Shown here piece after piece: positions 9,724-20,700 of a stretch of 64,000 nucleotides of DNA. The stretch's first letter is position 1. Every line of letters begins with the position of its first letter. Source of the stretch: Leptospiraceae bacterium (GTDB lineage: Bacteria > Spirochaetota > Leptospiria > Leptospirales > Leptonemataceae); NCBI GenBank assembly GCA_040217195.1, contig JAVJNR010000003.1:640001-704000 (forward strand), in the 5' to 3' direction. The notes under the pieces were generated by a model, which was not told where the DNA came from, did no database searches, and saw only the letters and a program-made list of their open reading frames with translations. A program made the translations under genes and the position numbers.

Positions 9724-11067
9724 ATGGGAATTCTTCTATATAATCTGAGCCTCATGGCCCTGTACCCACTGTACAGATTTCTGGCCCTATTTCATCCGGG
9801 ACTAAAAGACTTTCGTAGAAGCCGCAAAGAAGGATGGCGTGCCTTTCGCCGATTCGCAAGCACAGAAAAAAAGATGCGCAAGCTCCCCGGGCATAATGCC
9901 CCCATTGTCTGGCTACATGCAGCCAGTGCCGGAGAACTGGATCAGTCTATGGCTCTGGCCCGGGAGATTCGCGATCGTAAGCCAGCCACAATCATACTTT
10001 CGGTCTTTTCCAGAAGTGTGAAAAAGCTGCCTTCAGATACCGTAGACTTTGCCTTCTATCTGCCTCTTGATCTTCCATTTGTATGGTCCAGGCTCCTGGG
10101 CCGGCTTCCAATTCATACATTCATTACCAGCACCTGGGATGTTTTTCCCAACCTGCTTCGATACCTTGCCCGAAACGGAACCAGAACCTATCTGGCATCC
10201 GGTGCATTGCCGGCGAACTCTCCAAGGTTGAAGTGGCAATGGTTCTTTGCTCCTCATTATAAACATCTTACTGGCATAGGTGCAGTGGATGAAGCCAACC
10301 AGAGCCGGTTCCAAAAGCTTTATTCAGGTCCGATTTTTGTTACCGGCGATACGCGCTTCGATACAATATTTTTTAAGCTTGAGCAGGCCAGGCTTCCTGA
10401 AGAACATAAGAAACGATTTCAGGCACTATTAAGACCACCAGCAAAGACCAAATCCGGGAAGAAGAGAAAGAAAGAGCAGATTCTCATACTTGCTTCCACT
10501 TACAAAGCTTGCGATGAAAAGCTATTTCCGATCCTTTCTGAATGGCTGGACCGGTTTCATGGATGGAAGGTCTGGATTTTTCCCCATCATATTGATTCCA
10601 ATCGGGTTAAGGAATTATCTGCAAATCTGGAAAAGGAAGAGCTAAGTGCAGATGTATTCCGGGAAGACTCGGGCAATCCGAATCTGGCAGCTCATATACC
10701 TGGCAAGAGCGAAAATAGAATTATCATAATGAATTGCCTGGGATTATTGGCACATGCCTATGCCCTGGCTCAATTCTGTTATATTGGTGGTGCTTACCAC
10801 CATCGAGTGCACAACACGGCCGAGGCAGCCGCTCTGGGAATTCCCATCATTACCGGTCCTCGAATTGAAGCCAGTCCAATCGCTGTAGATCTTCGTCAGG
10901 AAGGGGCACTTTTTACCGCACCCAGTGAGAAGTTGCTTAAGGAACTGATGTTTCGACTGGCAGAGGATTCACTGTTTCGCAAGCGTCAGGGAAAGATTGG
11001 AAAGAAACTACTGAGCAGTGGAAAAGGAGCCTCCGCCCTATTCTGCGATCAATTTTCAATCGCTTAG
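9724..11067 (+). CDS. waaA: Kdo (3-deoxy-D-manno-octulosonic acid) transferase
   Basis: WLHAASAGE, YLPLD, TGDTRFD, HN..EAA..G.PIITGP. Confidence 0.88.
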   Translation: MGILLYNLSLMALYPLYRFLALFHPGLKDFRRSRKEGWRAFRRFASTEKKMRKLPGHNAPIVWLHAASAGELDQSMALAREIRDRKPATIILSVFSRSVKKLPSDTVDFAFYLPLDLPFVWSRLLGRLPIHTFITSTWDVFPNLLRYLARNGTRTYLASGALPANSPRLKWQWFFAPHYKHLTGIGAVDEANQSRFQKLYSGPIFVTGDTRFDTIFFKLEQARLPEEHKKRFQALLRPPAKTKSGKKRKKEQILILASTYKACDEKLFPILSEWLDRFHGWKVWIFPHHIDSNRVKELSANLEKEELSADVFREDSGNPNLAAHIPGKSENRIIIMNCLGLLAHAYALAQFCYIGGAYHHRVHNTAEAAALGIPIITGPRIEASPIAVDLRQEGALFTAPSEKLLKELMFRLAEDSLFRKRQGKIGKKLLSSGKGASALFCDQFSIA

Positions 11068-11116
11068 GTCTCCCCTGGACTTCCTTTAGAAGGCTTCCGA
11101 AAAATGGAATTTAAGA

Positions 11117-11149
11117 TTTCTGGCATCGCAGCAGCGGCGATGCCAGGAA
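11117..11149. terminator. Hairpin between convergent waaA and fliL
   Basis: tttctggcatcgc-agcagcg-gcgatgccaggaa. Confidence 0.65.
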
Positions 11150-11176
11150 ACATAGATTCGAATCGTCGCAGCTAAA

Positions 11177-11710
11177 TTAGTTAACAATGAATTCCGTGAA
11201 ATAGACTTCTTTCACTTTGCCTTCCGAAAGCAAGTGATTGATGGATGCTTTCAACTCTTCCCGAAGTTCTACCTTATCTCTCTGAGAGGCCAGATCTGCC
11301 TTGGTCTTACCAGATAGAATCAGGATTATGGTGTCCCGAAGCTGCGGCGTACGCTGAGCCAGTTCTGCAGACAGGGCTTTGTTTCCCTGTTCGAAGCCTA
11401 GACTCATTTTCATCTTGATAAAGTGTGCTTCGCCCTGGTCCGCCGTATTCACTCGGAACTCTTCTGTGAAATTAAATGATTCCAGAGGAGGAGGAGGCTT
11501 TACCACGGCAATGGACGATACTTCTTTGAATTGCTCTGAAGCTGCTTCCTTTCCCACAAAATAAGCGATAAAGGCCATCAGAAGCATCCCTGCTACTGCA
11601 ATTGCAACATAAATCAGTATCTTAACAATTCTATTTAGACCAGAGGCTGCCTGCGGTTGATACTCACCACCTTCGTCTTCGCCTTCTTCTAACAGCTCAT
11701 CATCTGCCAT
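11177..11710 (-). CDS. fliL: Flagellar basal body-associated protein FliL
   Basis: Single N-terminal TM; F.VN.AD..HFIK, PQLRD.I, V.EVYFTEF; downstream of motB. Confidence 0.9.
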   Translation of the reverse strand: MADDELLEEGEDEGGEYQPQAASGLNRIVKILIYVAIAVAGMLLMAFIAYFVGKEAASEQFKEVSSIAVVKPPPPLESFNFTEEFRVNTADQGEAHFIKMKMSLGFEQGNKALSAELAQRTPQLRDTIILILSGKTKADLASQRDKVELREELKASINHLLSEGKVKEVYFTEFIVN

Positions 11711-11904
11711 GAAAAACTCCTACTATTAGATGAGATCGGAACATTTATCAGAATTATTGCCCATTTTTTTATGTCCCGATTGGCATATGTGCATTTTGAA
11801 GATAGGTCCAGCCGTGACCAAAACCGGAGATAGTATATCCTGAACCATTGCGGCCAAGCACTTAAAAAGCCAGCAATTCTACGGCCCGGGATCAGAGTGG
11901 GCAT

Positions 11905-12106
11905 TGACGACTGATCCGGTCCTGTGGCGACTGATCCGGTCCTGTGGCGACTGATCCGGTCCTGTGGCGACTGATCCGGTCCTGTGGCGACTGATCCGGT
12001 CCTGTGGCGACTGATCCGGTCCTGTGACGACTGATCCGGTCCTGTGACGACTGATCCGGTCCTGTGACGACTGATCCGGCCCTGGGACTACTGCTCCGGT
12101 CCCGTG
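11905..12106. repeat. 20-bp tandem repeat (about 9-10 copies, no spacers)
   Basis: Unit ctgatccggtcctgtg(g/a)cga at 11911, 11931 ... 12051, with degenerate copies at 12071 and 12091. Confidence 0.97.
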
Positions 12107-12924
12107 TATTCCTCATCGGGTAATCGGGTTTCTGGCATTCTATAATTGGATTCCCCTGACTCCCGATTGGCGCTTTCATAGGGCAGAATTACAATGTCGA
12201 TTCGGCGATTATGGGCGGCTGCTTCTGGAGTGCCCTGGTCTCCCTCCAGAGCCAGAGGACGATAGGAGCCGTAACTTATGACCTGCATCAAAGCAGGCGG
12301 CACTCCCTGACCCTGCAGAAAAGTAGCGGAGTTTATGGAACGGGCCCCGGCTAGATCCCAGGCATTTGCATAAGTCCTTTCTCTACGGGGACTATCCTCA
12401 TCCGGACTTAATCGGGCTTCCTCGCCGGCCGCTGCATGGCCTTCGATCCGTGCGAATCGATCCACATTTTTTAGCAATGCTGCTGCTTTGATGAGAGCCT
12501 TTTCCAGTTCCGGGGTACGTTGAGCACTACCTTCCTCAAAATAGTCCGCGCCCAGAAGTGAAATGACCAGGCCTCGTTCATCCTCTGTAATCCGAACCTT
12601 CTTGGCCTGGATTTCTGGTTTAAAAATAGTCTGTGCCTGAGTTCTGCTGCGAGCCAGGGACTTTCCTTTTGTCTGAGAGGGAAGGCTTTCCAGATTCATT
12701 CCCATCTCTTCCAGGCGGCCCTTGGAAAGAGTCTGACCACCTTCGAAAAAACCCATGCTATTAGAAAAAGCCGATAGTATTAACTGAATTTCCTGGGGAG
12801 TTGCCTTACCTGTGGCAAAAAGCATTACAAAGAAACATAGCAGAAGGGTTACCATGTCCCCGTAGGTGGTCATCCAGGCCGGGGAGCCTTCTTCGCAAGG
12901 AGGACAGTTTGCTTTTTTAGCCAT
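12088..12924 (-). CDS. motB: Flagellar motor protein MotB
   Basis: WMTTYGDMVTLLLCFFVML; OmpA-like C-terminus IEGH, N.WDL, NRRIDIVIL. Confidence 0.95.
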   Translation of the reverse strand: MAKKANCPPCEEGSPAWMTTYGDMVTLLLCFFVMLFATGKATPQEIQLILSAFSNSMGFFEGGQTLSKGRLEEMGMNLESLPSQTKGKSLARSRTQAQTIFKPEIQAKKVRITEDERGLVISLLGADYFEEGSAQRTPELEKALIKAAALLKNVDRFARIEGHAAAGEEARLSPDEDSPRRERTYANAWDLAGARSINSATFLQGQGVPPALMQVISYGSYRPLALEGDQGTPEAAAHNRRIDIVILPYESANRESGESNYRMPETRLPDEEYTGPEQ

Positions 12925-13033
12925 AGTTTACTCTCTGCTGACTCAGCTACTGGCAGGAATTTGCCAGGGCTCTGCTGCAAATTGTGCCAGGGCGAGCCAT
13001 TCGCGGAAATCAGTTCGTATTGCTGGCACCGGA

Positions 13034-13822
13034 TCAGGCGCCAGCAGTGCTTTCATCCAGGGCCGCTCTTTCTGCAGGTGGCAGGAAGGAGCTGAGCTTA
13101 TCTTTTACAATTCGAGGGTTATCGCCGGATTGAATACTCAGGATCCCCTCAATCATAATGGCTTTAATCATCATTTCATCTGCATCCCGCAAAGCCAGTT
13201 TTCGGCTCATGGGAATGGCCACCAGGTTGGCAGCCAGGGAACCATACAGAGTGGTAATCAATGCAGCCGCCATACCAGCACCAATAGCAGATGGATCCCC
13301 TGCTCCCAGGTTCTTGAGCATCTGTACCAGACCAATCAGGGTTCCAATCATACCAAAGGCCGGCCAGAAAAACCCCATATCCGTCCAGAGTTTGATCCCT
13401 TCCTGGTGACGGTTATGAATGTTTTGCATATCCGTATCAAGAATGTTCCGCACCAGTTCCGGATCCGTTCCATCCACCACTAGCTGAATTCCTTTGCGCA
13501 GAAAGGGCTCTTCCAGGCTGACCAGATCATCTTCAAGAGAAAGCAGACCTTCGCGGCGGGCCCTCTCAGAAAAGCTCACCAGGGTAAGTATAAGCTGACC
13601 CACATCCGTCTGACGGGGAAATAATGCAAATCGAGTAAACTTGGTAAAATTCAACAGTCGTGACAACGGACTGGCCACAACGGATGCGGACAAACCACCC
13701 CCGATCGTAATAAATACGGAGGGGATATCAAAAATATCCAGAGGAGAGAGACCGGCCCAGATGGTTCCGAATAGAACCAGGCCAAAACCGATTACAATGC
13801 CGCCTAAAGTCGCTAAATCCAT
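13034..13822 (-). CDS. motA: Flagellar motor protein MotA
   Basis: ARREGLLSLE, PAFGMIGTLIGL, ALITTLYG, GDNPR. Confidence 0.96.
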   Translation of the reverse strand: MDLATLGGIVIGFGLVLFGTIWAGLSPLDIFDIPSVFITIGGGLSASVVASPLSRLLNFTKFTRFALFPRQTDVGQLILTLVSFSERARREGLLSLEDDLVSLEEPFLRKGIQLVVDGTDPELVRNILDTDMQNIHNRHQEGIKLWTDMGFFWPAFGMIGTLIGLVQMLKNLGAGDPSAIGAGMAAALITTLYGSLAANLVAIPMSRKLALRDADEMMIKAIMIEGILSIQSGDNPRIVKDKLSSFLPPAERAALDESTAGA

Positions 13823-13834
13823 CTACTAACCTGC

Positions 13835-14050
13835 TTATGATCCTTTATCGGCCCTACCGTACAGCGCTTTTTCAAAAATTTTTCTCTCAAACTCCGCAAT
13901 TTTGTCCGCAATCTCTTCGGGACTCTCGCGTACAATGAATTTTCGTTCAGTGGAAAGGGTTACCACGGTATCTGGATGCTGTTCCACCGTTTCGATCAGG
14001 CGATGATTGATGTATAGTTCGGTCTTGTTCAACCGATGCAGGCAAATCAT
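13835..14050 (-). CDS. flbD: Flagellar FlbD family protein
   Basis: MICLHRLN..LYIN..LIETVE..PDTVVTL..KFIVRES; upstream of motA; start moved to 14050. Confidence 0.85.
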   Translation of the reverse strand: MICLHRLNKTELYINHRLIETVEQHPDTVVTLSTERKFIVRESPEEIADKIAEFERKIFEKALYGRADKGS

Positions 14051-14172
14051 AGTTACAACCAGAGAAGCCCCGGCCCGCCGACAGAAGCAACTTCCTTTTA
14101 AGGAACATCCATACTTTCCCGGAGCCCGGGAAACACTCGACAACGGAAAGGCAAACCGGATCTCTGATGTAG

Positions 14173-15312
14173 ATGGAGTCCTCAGCATTTAAGCGCTATG
14201 GCCAGCCGGTGCTCATTATTACTCTATTTCTCGTTGTAATGGTCCTTACCGGCTTTGTAACAGGAGTCCTGAACTCCATCTGGGAATTGATAATCTCTTT
14301 GCCACTTCTTGAAGGCCTGGAAATTCCCCCTGGATCAGCTTTCAAGTTGCTGCTTTCCATCCCTTTCATGGCGGGCACCCTGGCTGTCTATATCTACCCG
14401 GGCCGGAAAGTGAGTGGCCTTTCCTGGAAGACATCTGTATCTGATACTCCTGCCTCTGGCGATGCTCGGATCTTACTGCTGGTATCTGTATTCTTTCTTA
14501 TTCCTGTGGGGGCCCAGGGAGCGGCTGCAATACTGGAAACACTTTCCTTTCGAGCGTATCCTAACTATGAGCTCTACGAAACGCTGCTGGGAATGTTCCG
14601 GCCAACCGGTCACTGGCTGGATGTGGCCGGAGCACTAATCACGGTTGGACTAATCGGTCCATTCTGCGAAGAGATGGTCTTTCGCGGCTTCATGCTCCGC
14701 GGACTTCTAAAATCAGGTACAAATTTGCACCTGGCTGTGATTTATCAGGGTTTTCTTTTCGGTCTGGTGCATGGCAATCCCTATCAGTTCAGCTACGCCT
14801 GGCCTCTGGGAATTCTTCTGGGATACATGGCCGTTTACTCTCGTTTCGGATGGGCTACAATCTGGGTGCATTGCGTAACCAATCTATTTGCAATGTTTGC
14901 CATGTACGGATTCCTTCCTTTCCTGCCGGCGGAAGCTGAACCAGGTCAGTTTCTGCCCTTCTGGTTCATGGCAGGTGGATGCCTGATGATGGCCGCCGGA
15001 GTATATCTTTACTTTGCTAACGTCGATTCAGTGGGACCAACAACTGCCATCCGATCTGTTCTGGAATCCAGTCGCTCAACAGGGGCAGTAGATGCTTCTG
15101 AGTCTTCGCATACCCGGCAACCTCCTCTGGCTGACCTGAAGACCATGTCTCAGGACTTGCTACCTTCGAAGACGGTTCATACAGAGCCGAAGAATTTTCC
15201 AGAGACAGGAACGGCACATAAGGAGAATCATTCCGATCCAGGAAGGTTTCCAGAAACTGGAACCGCACAAAAGGAGACCAACCCGGAATCTTTCCCGGAG
15301 GATAGCCGTTGA
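14173..15312 (+). CDS. CPBP (CAAX/Abi) intramembrane glutamic endopeptidase with repetitive C-tail
   Basis: EEMVFRG, FGLVH, H..TN motifs; multiple TMs; FPETGTA(H/Q)KE repeat in tail. Confidence 0.85.
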   Translation: MESSAFKRYGQPVLIITLFLVVMVLTGFVTGVLNSIWELIISLPLLEGLEIPPGSAFKLLLSIPFMAGTLAVYIYPGRKVSGLSWKTSVSDTPASGDARILLLVSVFFLIPVGAQGAAAILETLSFRAYPNYELYETLLGMFRPTGHWLDVAGALITVGLIGPFCEEMVFRGFMLRGLLKSGTNLHLAVIYQGFLFGLVHGNPYQFSYAWPLGILLGYMAVYSRFGWATIWVHCVTNLFAMFAMYGFLPFLPAEAEPGQFLPFWFMAGGCLMMAAGVYLYFANVDSVGPTTAIRSVLESSRSTGAVDASESSHTRQPPLADLKTMSQDLLPSKTVHTEPKNFPETGTAHKENHSDPGRFPETGTAQKETNPESFPEDSR

Positions 15313-16835
15313 TTTTCTCCAGCGGAATCTTTGTTTTTTTCTTTGCCCTGGTATTTTTTATTCAGTGGTATATCATCGCTCGTATTCCAGGGGAAGCAAG
15401 ACGACGAACCGTTCTATTCGTTTTCTTACTGGTTGCATCCTATCTGTTCTACATGTCCTGGGACTGGCGATTTGGGCTGCTGATTCTTTTTTCCACCTTC
15501 GTTGACTACTGGGCCGGCATCTACATAGACAGGCAGCATCGAATTGCAGAGACTATGAACGAAGAGGATGCACTGGCTCCTGTTCGCCGGGCAAAATTGG
15601 CCCTTACTGTGAGCTTGCTGGTAAACCTGGGCTCCCTGGCTACTTTCAAGTACTTTCATTTCTTTGTTGATTCATTCCATGCATTGATGTCAGCAGTGGA
15701 CCCGAATTTCGGACCGCCAGAACAGCATCAGCTATTGTTTCGCATCATTTTACCGGTGGGAATTAGCTTTTTCACCTTTCAGTCCATGAGTTATACCATC
15801 GATGTATTTCGAAAGGTGATCCCCTACGAGTCCTCCTTTCTGCGATTCGCATTGTTCGTTTCCTTCTTTCCTCAGCTGGTGGCTGGCCCTATCGTAACAG
15901 CCCGGGAATTTCTTCCTCAGCTTTCTGCATTTCCACGGATCAACAGCGATGATCTCCGCGAAGGATGTCGAATATTCCTATTAGGCTTTATCAAGAAAAG
16001 CGTTCTTGCCGATAGCGTGGCTCCCTATGCGGATATGATCCATTCAGATCCACTTTCCTATGGTTTTTTTCCACACTGGCTGGGAGCCATAGCGTTTACC
16101 ATGCAGCTGTATCTGGATTTTTCCGGTTATTCCGACATGGCCATCGGTTCTGCAAGACTGCTGGGTTTTAAACTTCCTGAAAATTTCAGACTGCCTTACC
16201 TTACAGGATCCATTTCGGAGCACTGGCAAAGATGGCATATTTCACTTTCCCGCTGGTTTAGAGACTATCTGTACATTCCTCTGGGCGGTAATCGAGTGGG
16301 TCCGGCCCGTCATAAGGTGAATCTTTTCGCAGTAATGGCCACTTCGGGACTCTGGCATGGCGCTGCATGGACCTATGTATTGTGGGGTATGACCCATGGC
16401 TTTGCCATGGTTGCAGAAGCGATTCTAAAACCCTGGACCGGCTCCCTGGCCGAAAGGTTTCATCGCCTGGGTACTGCAGGGGAACGTGCCTGGAGATTCA
16501 TGGGCTGGGTATATCAGATTCTATTTATTACAATATTCAACACGGTGCTATTTCGCGTGGAAGACATAGGAAATGCCTGGCCAATATTCAAACGATTGAT
16601 TGCCGTGGAAGGCAGCCTGGCCATGGATATTCGCCCCACCCATTATCGCACTGTATTTCTAGTTCTTATTGCGATGATTGTGGGTCACTGGCTTGGCAAG
16701 AAGTACTTCTCAGACAGTCATCTCAGAAGTCCACTGCCTCGCTGGGCCGAAAACCTGGCATTGCCTTTCGTACTGGTGACGCTCACTCAGCTGGCTGTGC
16801 TGGATCAAACTACTTTTATCTACTTTGCATTCTAG
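15309..16835 (+). CDS. MBOAT O-acyltransferase (AlgI/PatA/DltB type)
   Basis: LPVGISFFTFQ, FFPQLVAGPI, DFSGYSDMAIG, WQRWHISLS.WFRDYLYIPLGG, GLWHG; C-terminal FIYFAF. Confidence 0.93.
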   Translation: MIFSSGIFVFFFALVFFIQWYIIARIPGEARRRTVLFVFLLVASYLFYMSWDWRFGLLILFSTFVDYWAGIYIDRQHRIAETMNEEDALAPVRRAKLALTVSLLVNLGSLATFKYFHFFVDSFHALMSAVDPNFGPPEQHQLLFRIILPVGISFFTFQSMSYTIDVFRKVIPYESSFLRFALFVSFFPQLVAGPIVTAREFLPQLSAFPRINSDDLREGCRIFLLGFIKKSVLADSVAPYADMIHSDPLSYGFFPHWLGAIAFTMQLYLDFSGYSDMAIGSARLLGFKLPENFRLPYLTGSISEHWQRWHISLSRWFRDYLYIPLGGNRVGPARHKVNLFAVMATSGLWHGAAWTYVLWGMTHGFAMVAEAILKPWTGSLAERFHRLGTAGERAWRFMGWVYQILFITIFNTVLFRVEDIGNAWPIFKRLIAVEGSLAMDIRPTHYRTVFLVLIAMIVGHWLGKKYFSDSHLRSPLPRWAENLALPFVLVTLTQLAVLDQTTFIYFAF

Positions 16836-16855
16836 GGAACCGTCTGGTTCTCCCT

Positions 16856-16892
16856 GACATCCACTTTCGACATCCACTTTCGACATCCACTT
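16856..16892. repeat. 13-bp tandem repeat, about 3 copies
   Basis: gacatccactttc gacatccactttc gacatccactt. Confidence 0.85.
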
Positions 16893-17118
16893 CTCGGAGA
16901 ACAATACATTCATTTCGCATGTCTTCCCGGAACCTCATCGCCCCGGGCACAGGTATCCCGACCCATTTAATCGGAGTGAAACAGAAAAGCACAAAGGATG
17001 CAAGAGCAGGACAAAACTGAGTCCGAATCTTTTGTCCTGGGACGAAACCTTCTTCGATCAAAGAAGCAATATTCATAATTTTGATTGGCGATTTGTAGCC
17101 TTCGCCTCTGCTTGGGCT

Positions 17119-17295
17119 ATGCACCGAGGGCCCATCCTTTCTCCATGCAAATATCAATGCGAACTGTCGGGGGACCGCAGTCATTGCATAGCCTGCCTTC
17201 GCAGCATTGAAGAAATCGTAGGCTGGAGTGCCCTCTCTGATGAGGAAAGAAAGCGCTTTATGGCCGATCTGCCGCAAAGGCAGTGGCCAGAATGA
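17119..17295 (+). CDS. DUF1289-family small Cys-rich protein
   Basis: SPC...C......HC..C.R...EI..W....D.ER pattern. Confidence 0.75.
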   Translation: MHRGPILSPCKYQCELSGDRSHCIACLRSIEEIVGWSALSDEERKRFMADLPQRQWPE

Positions 17296-17707
17296 GGGAC
17301 GGTGAGCCACTTTAGTAGGCTGGCCGATCTAATCGTAAAAACTGAATGTCCCCTATCAATATCCTGACAATCGGTTGTTACTGCCTTCCGAGATGGGAAT
17401 GATCTGAACCCGAAAAGCCTTTGCCCTATGGGATGCATGGATTCTGCGGCATTCTAAACCTACAGAACCGAAGCCTGATTTTAGGTCTTGCACCTGTTTA
17501 GACCAAAATGGCGAGGAACCCATTCAATCGGCTCTGCCCCTGGAATGTTTTTTCCGTCGCCCAATGAAGCGTTACAGTCATGAGGCCCATCAAAAGCACT
17601 GGAAGCAAACATATAAACTAACGAAGACTTAAATCATCACAACAAATCCTCATAGACGATACCCTGGCCCTCCGTAATTTGGGCGGCATCAAACTGGAAA
17701 GCCGACT

Positions 17708-20700
17708 ATGAGAAGTAAATTTGCCCGCATCCTATTATTCACAGGCCTGTTCGCCTGTCTCTCCTGGAGTTGCATTGCCGTCCTAACATCGGAGAACTCG
17801 AAATCAGAAGAGGATCGAAAGTGGGCCTTGCTTGGTCTCGTCAGCTCGCCAGAACAGAACGCATTGATTTCCACTCCACCCACCGTTGCAATGGAAGGCT
17901 ATGACCCGGCGCTGTTTCAGGTAGAACAAAGATCTGAGCCAGAGGAAATCGCTGTACCAATTTATGGAGAGCACTATGTTTCCATCGGGCATATCTTTGA
18001 CATCGATATAGATACAAGCCAGATGCCCGGGGCCCCGGAGGAGTATGAAACCGTAGTGCTTCCCCCAGGACAGATGGCTGAACTGACCTATGAATACGAT
18101 GAGGCGATGCTGGAAGAGAAAGGCCTCATTGAAGAATTCCAGGTATTCTCCTACGATGCAGCTTCCGGCCAATGGATTCCCGCAATGGAGCTGGAAGTAG
18201 ATAGAGAAAACAATCGGGTTATCGCACGCACAAACCACTTCACTCCTTTTGTTATTACCGCCCTTCCTCAGCCTGCCGATGGCGGAGTGTATGAACCACC
18301 TCAGTGCATCGTGGACGCTTTGCAGGACCCGGCCGGGGGTTTGACGGGACCAAAGTGGAGCCGCCTGGATGTGGGTTTTAAGTATTATATCGATCGCGGA
18401 TACACCATCCGTCACAACGATGAATTCTATGACCTGAAACTGAATGAATCACTGGGCATTTCTACCTGCAACGGAGGCACTCATGCCTCCTCCAGTAGCT
18501 ACTGCGGTACCGAGGCGCAACATAAGCATTCCGCGGCTATAGATTACCTGGATTTTTCCATTCCCTTTGATGCGAAGGTCTATGTAATGTATGACTCCCG
18601 CGGAACAGAGCGAGCGGGCTGGCTCGATGATCTGGGTTTCACTATTATTGAAGACACTTACGTAGAAACTACAGACGATGTTCGCTATTACGAAGTCTAC
18701 GAGAAGGATTACAGCGCGGGTTCGCAGGTTACTCTTCCGGGAAACCATTACGATCTGGGAAGTCCCAATCAAATCAATACAAACTACTTCGTGGCCGTGC
18801 TACCGCAAGGGGACTGGGCCACCCAGGCCGGTATCGACTGCTCGGGTCAACCCTTGCGTCCGGCCAAACCAGAAGGCATTTCGCTGATTCCCGGGTCGGA
18901 CCGCATTTCCATTGTACTGGACCAGCAGATAGAACGTGAAGTCACGGGCTTGATCGTTCGCCGGCGACTGCAAGAACCAGCTATGTCACCAGAACGCGGA
19001 GAAGCCTTGGGACTCGATATTCAGGACCCAGGGTACATGATAGATACCGGGCTCACCGAAGGAATGGTCTACTATTACAGCTTCTTTGCGGTTACAGATG
19101 ACGGGCTGTATTCTGCTCCGCTCATTCTGTCTGCTCAAACCGGACCCGATGATGATGGGGATGGCCTTGCGAACTACTATGAAAACAATCCATCCATCGT
19201 CTACTACGGCGGAAACGGCACGGAACCATCCCAGGATGATACAGATTCTGACGGCATTGATGATCTGACCGAGGTCTTAGAAGGAACAGATCCAACCCAT
19301 AGCGATCATACTGCGCCGGTCATCATAGGCTTTAACGACAACAGAACCATCAATACTATACCGATGGCTCGTTTTCACATCGAAGTGGAAGATGAATCGG
19401 AAATCACCGGCTACTATATATCGGAAGGCACGACCCCTCTGCCCAACAACTCCAACGAATGGATCACGGAAAAACCAAACACATGGCCCATCGAAAGCCT
19501 GGGAGAAGTGACTCTCAATCTCTGGGTACGCGATGAAGCTGGCAACGTGAGCGAAATGGCCAGTCTGGAACTGGAGTTTCCGTATTTTAGCTATACGGAG
19601 AAGCTCATAATTTTCAGCGCAGAATATCCAGCGGCCTCCCTAATCCCGCTGGACTGGGCGAACTTCAATACCCGCATTCCCTCCGGCATCGGACCTTCGC
19701 CGGATTATACAGAATACGCCTTTGGCCAGGGAGGACTTCTTGCGATAAATGGCACTTCCATCCGTTTCCTTAGCGAAGATGGACAAAATGAAATATTCAC
19801 TGCTAACTCGCCGCTTCCAGACAATGCTGTCGTTGACTCTCTAGATTACGATGCAGACGACGATTTCTGGATTTTGTCGTATCATCTGGAATCAGAGCCA
19901 ACCAGTGTGGATTGTGACACGATATGGAATTCCCAATGCTTTGTTTCGTTGAGAATCAACCCTTCAGAAGGCTCTTACCAGGTCGTAGATACCATAATTG
20001 CAGGTGCTCCTGCTAGCCCATCCTCCTTTCGCAGGGAAGGCCAAGAATCGAACTATGACTCAAACCAAAACCGGTTGAGTATCCAGATAACCAGAGTCTC
20101 CTATTACAATGGTGGTTTCGTATCTGTCCCGTTACTTATCATGGTAGATTTTAGCAACGATCAATTTAACTTGCAGCATCTGGTCCTGGACCAACGATTC
20201 TTCTGGCCCCACCCTTTGCCAACCGATCCGGCATTTGTACCAAACTTCGCATTCGCACCCGATGATCCCCTTGTTGTCATGACGGGAACTCCCGCTACGA
20301 GAGGCGAAAATGGTTTGCACGTTATGCGAAGAAATACCGGCACCTTTGACTACTTTGAAAGCCAGATAGGTAATGTCTGGCAGCCGCTAGGCACCTACCT
20401 GCCTGAGTACACCTATGAAAGTGTTGGCTTCCTATCCGAGGATCGGCTCCTTGCTGTCCGGGTGGGGGCAGTGGATCTCCTGGCATTCGACACCACCACG
20501 GGCGCGATATCATTTATCAAGCAAATGGATGCAGATGCCAGCATCACCGAAGGCAGCACTTTAGAAATTAGCGAATCCGGGGATGTCGCCATAATTCTAA
20601 CTGCTGAGCATTCCCGATTACTAATGATCAATAAAGAAAGGGAAGAAATATGGCGCAGGAAGCTGATCGGGCACAATCCGGCCGCTGGGACCAGAGGCAT

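Noticed and set aside
11905..12106. Possible CRISPR array
   Set aside because: Units are contiguous with no unique spacers, and there are no cas genes in the window
11892..12179. 95-aa repetitive ORF overlapping the motB end
   Set aside because: A by-product of the stop-free 20-bp repeat; it overlaps motB out of frame
16856..16892. 13-bp triple repeat as a regulatory or mobile element
   Set aside because: Short, local, downstream of a stop codon and with no other copies seen; most likely slippage
17296..17700. Long intergenic region checked for a c-di-GMP or other riboswitch
   Set aside because: Only a partial GGCAAA match on the minus strand; the conserved core is absent
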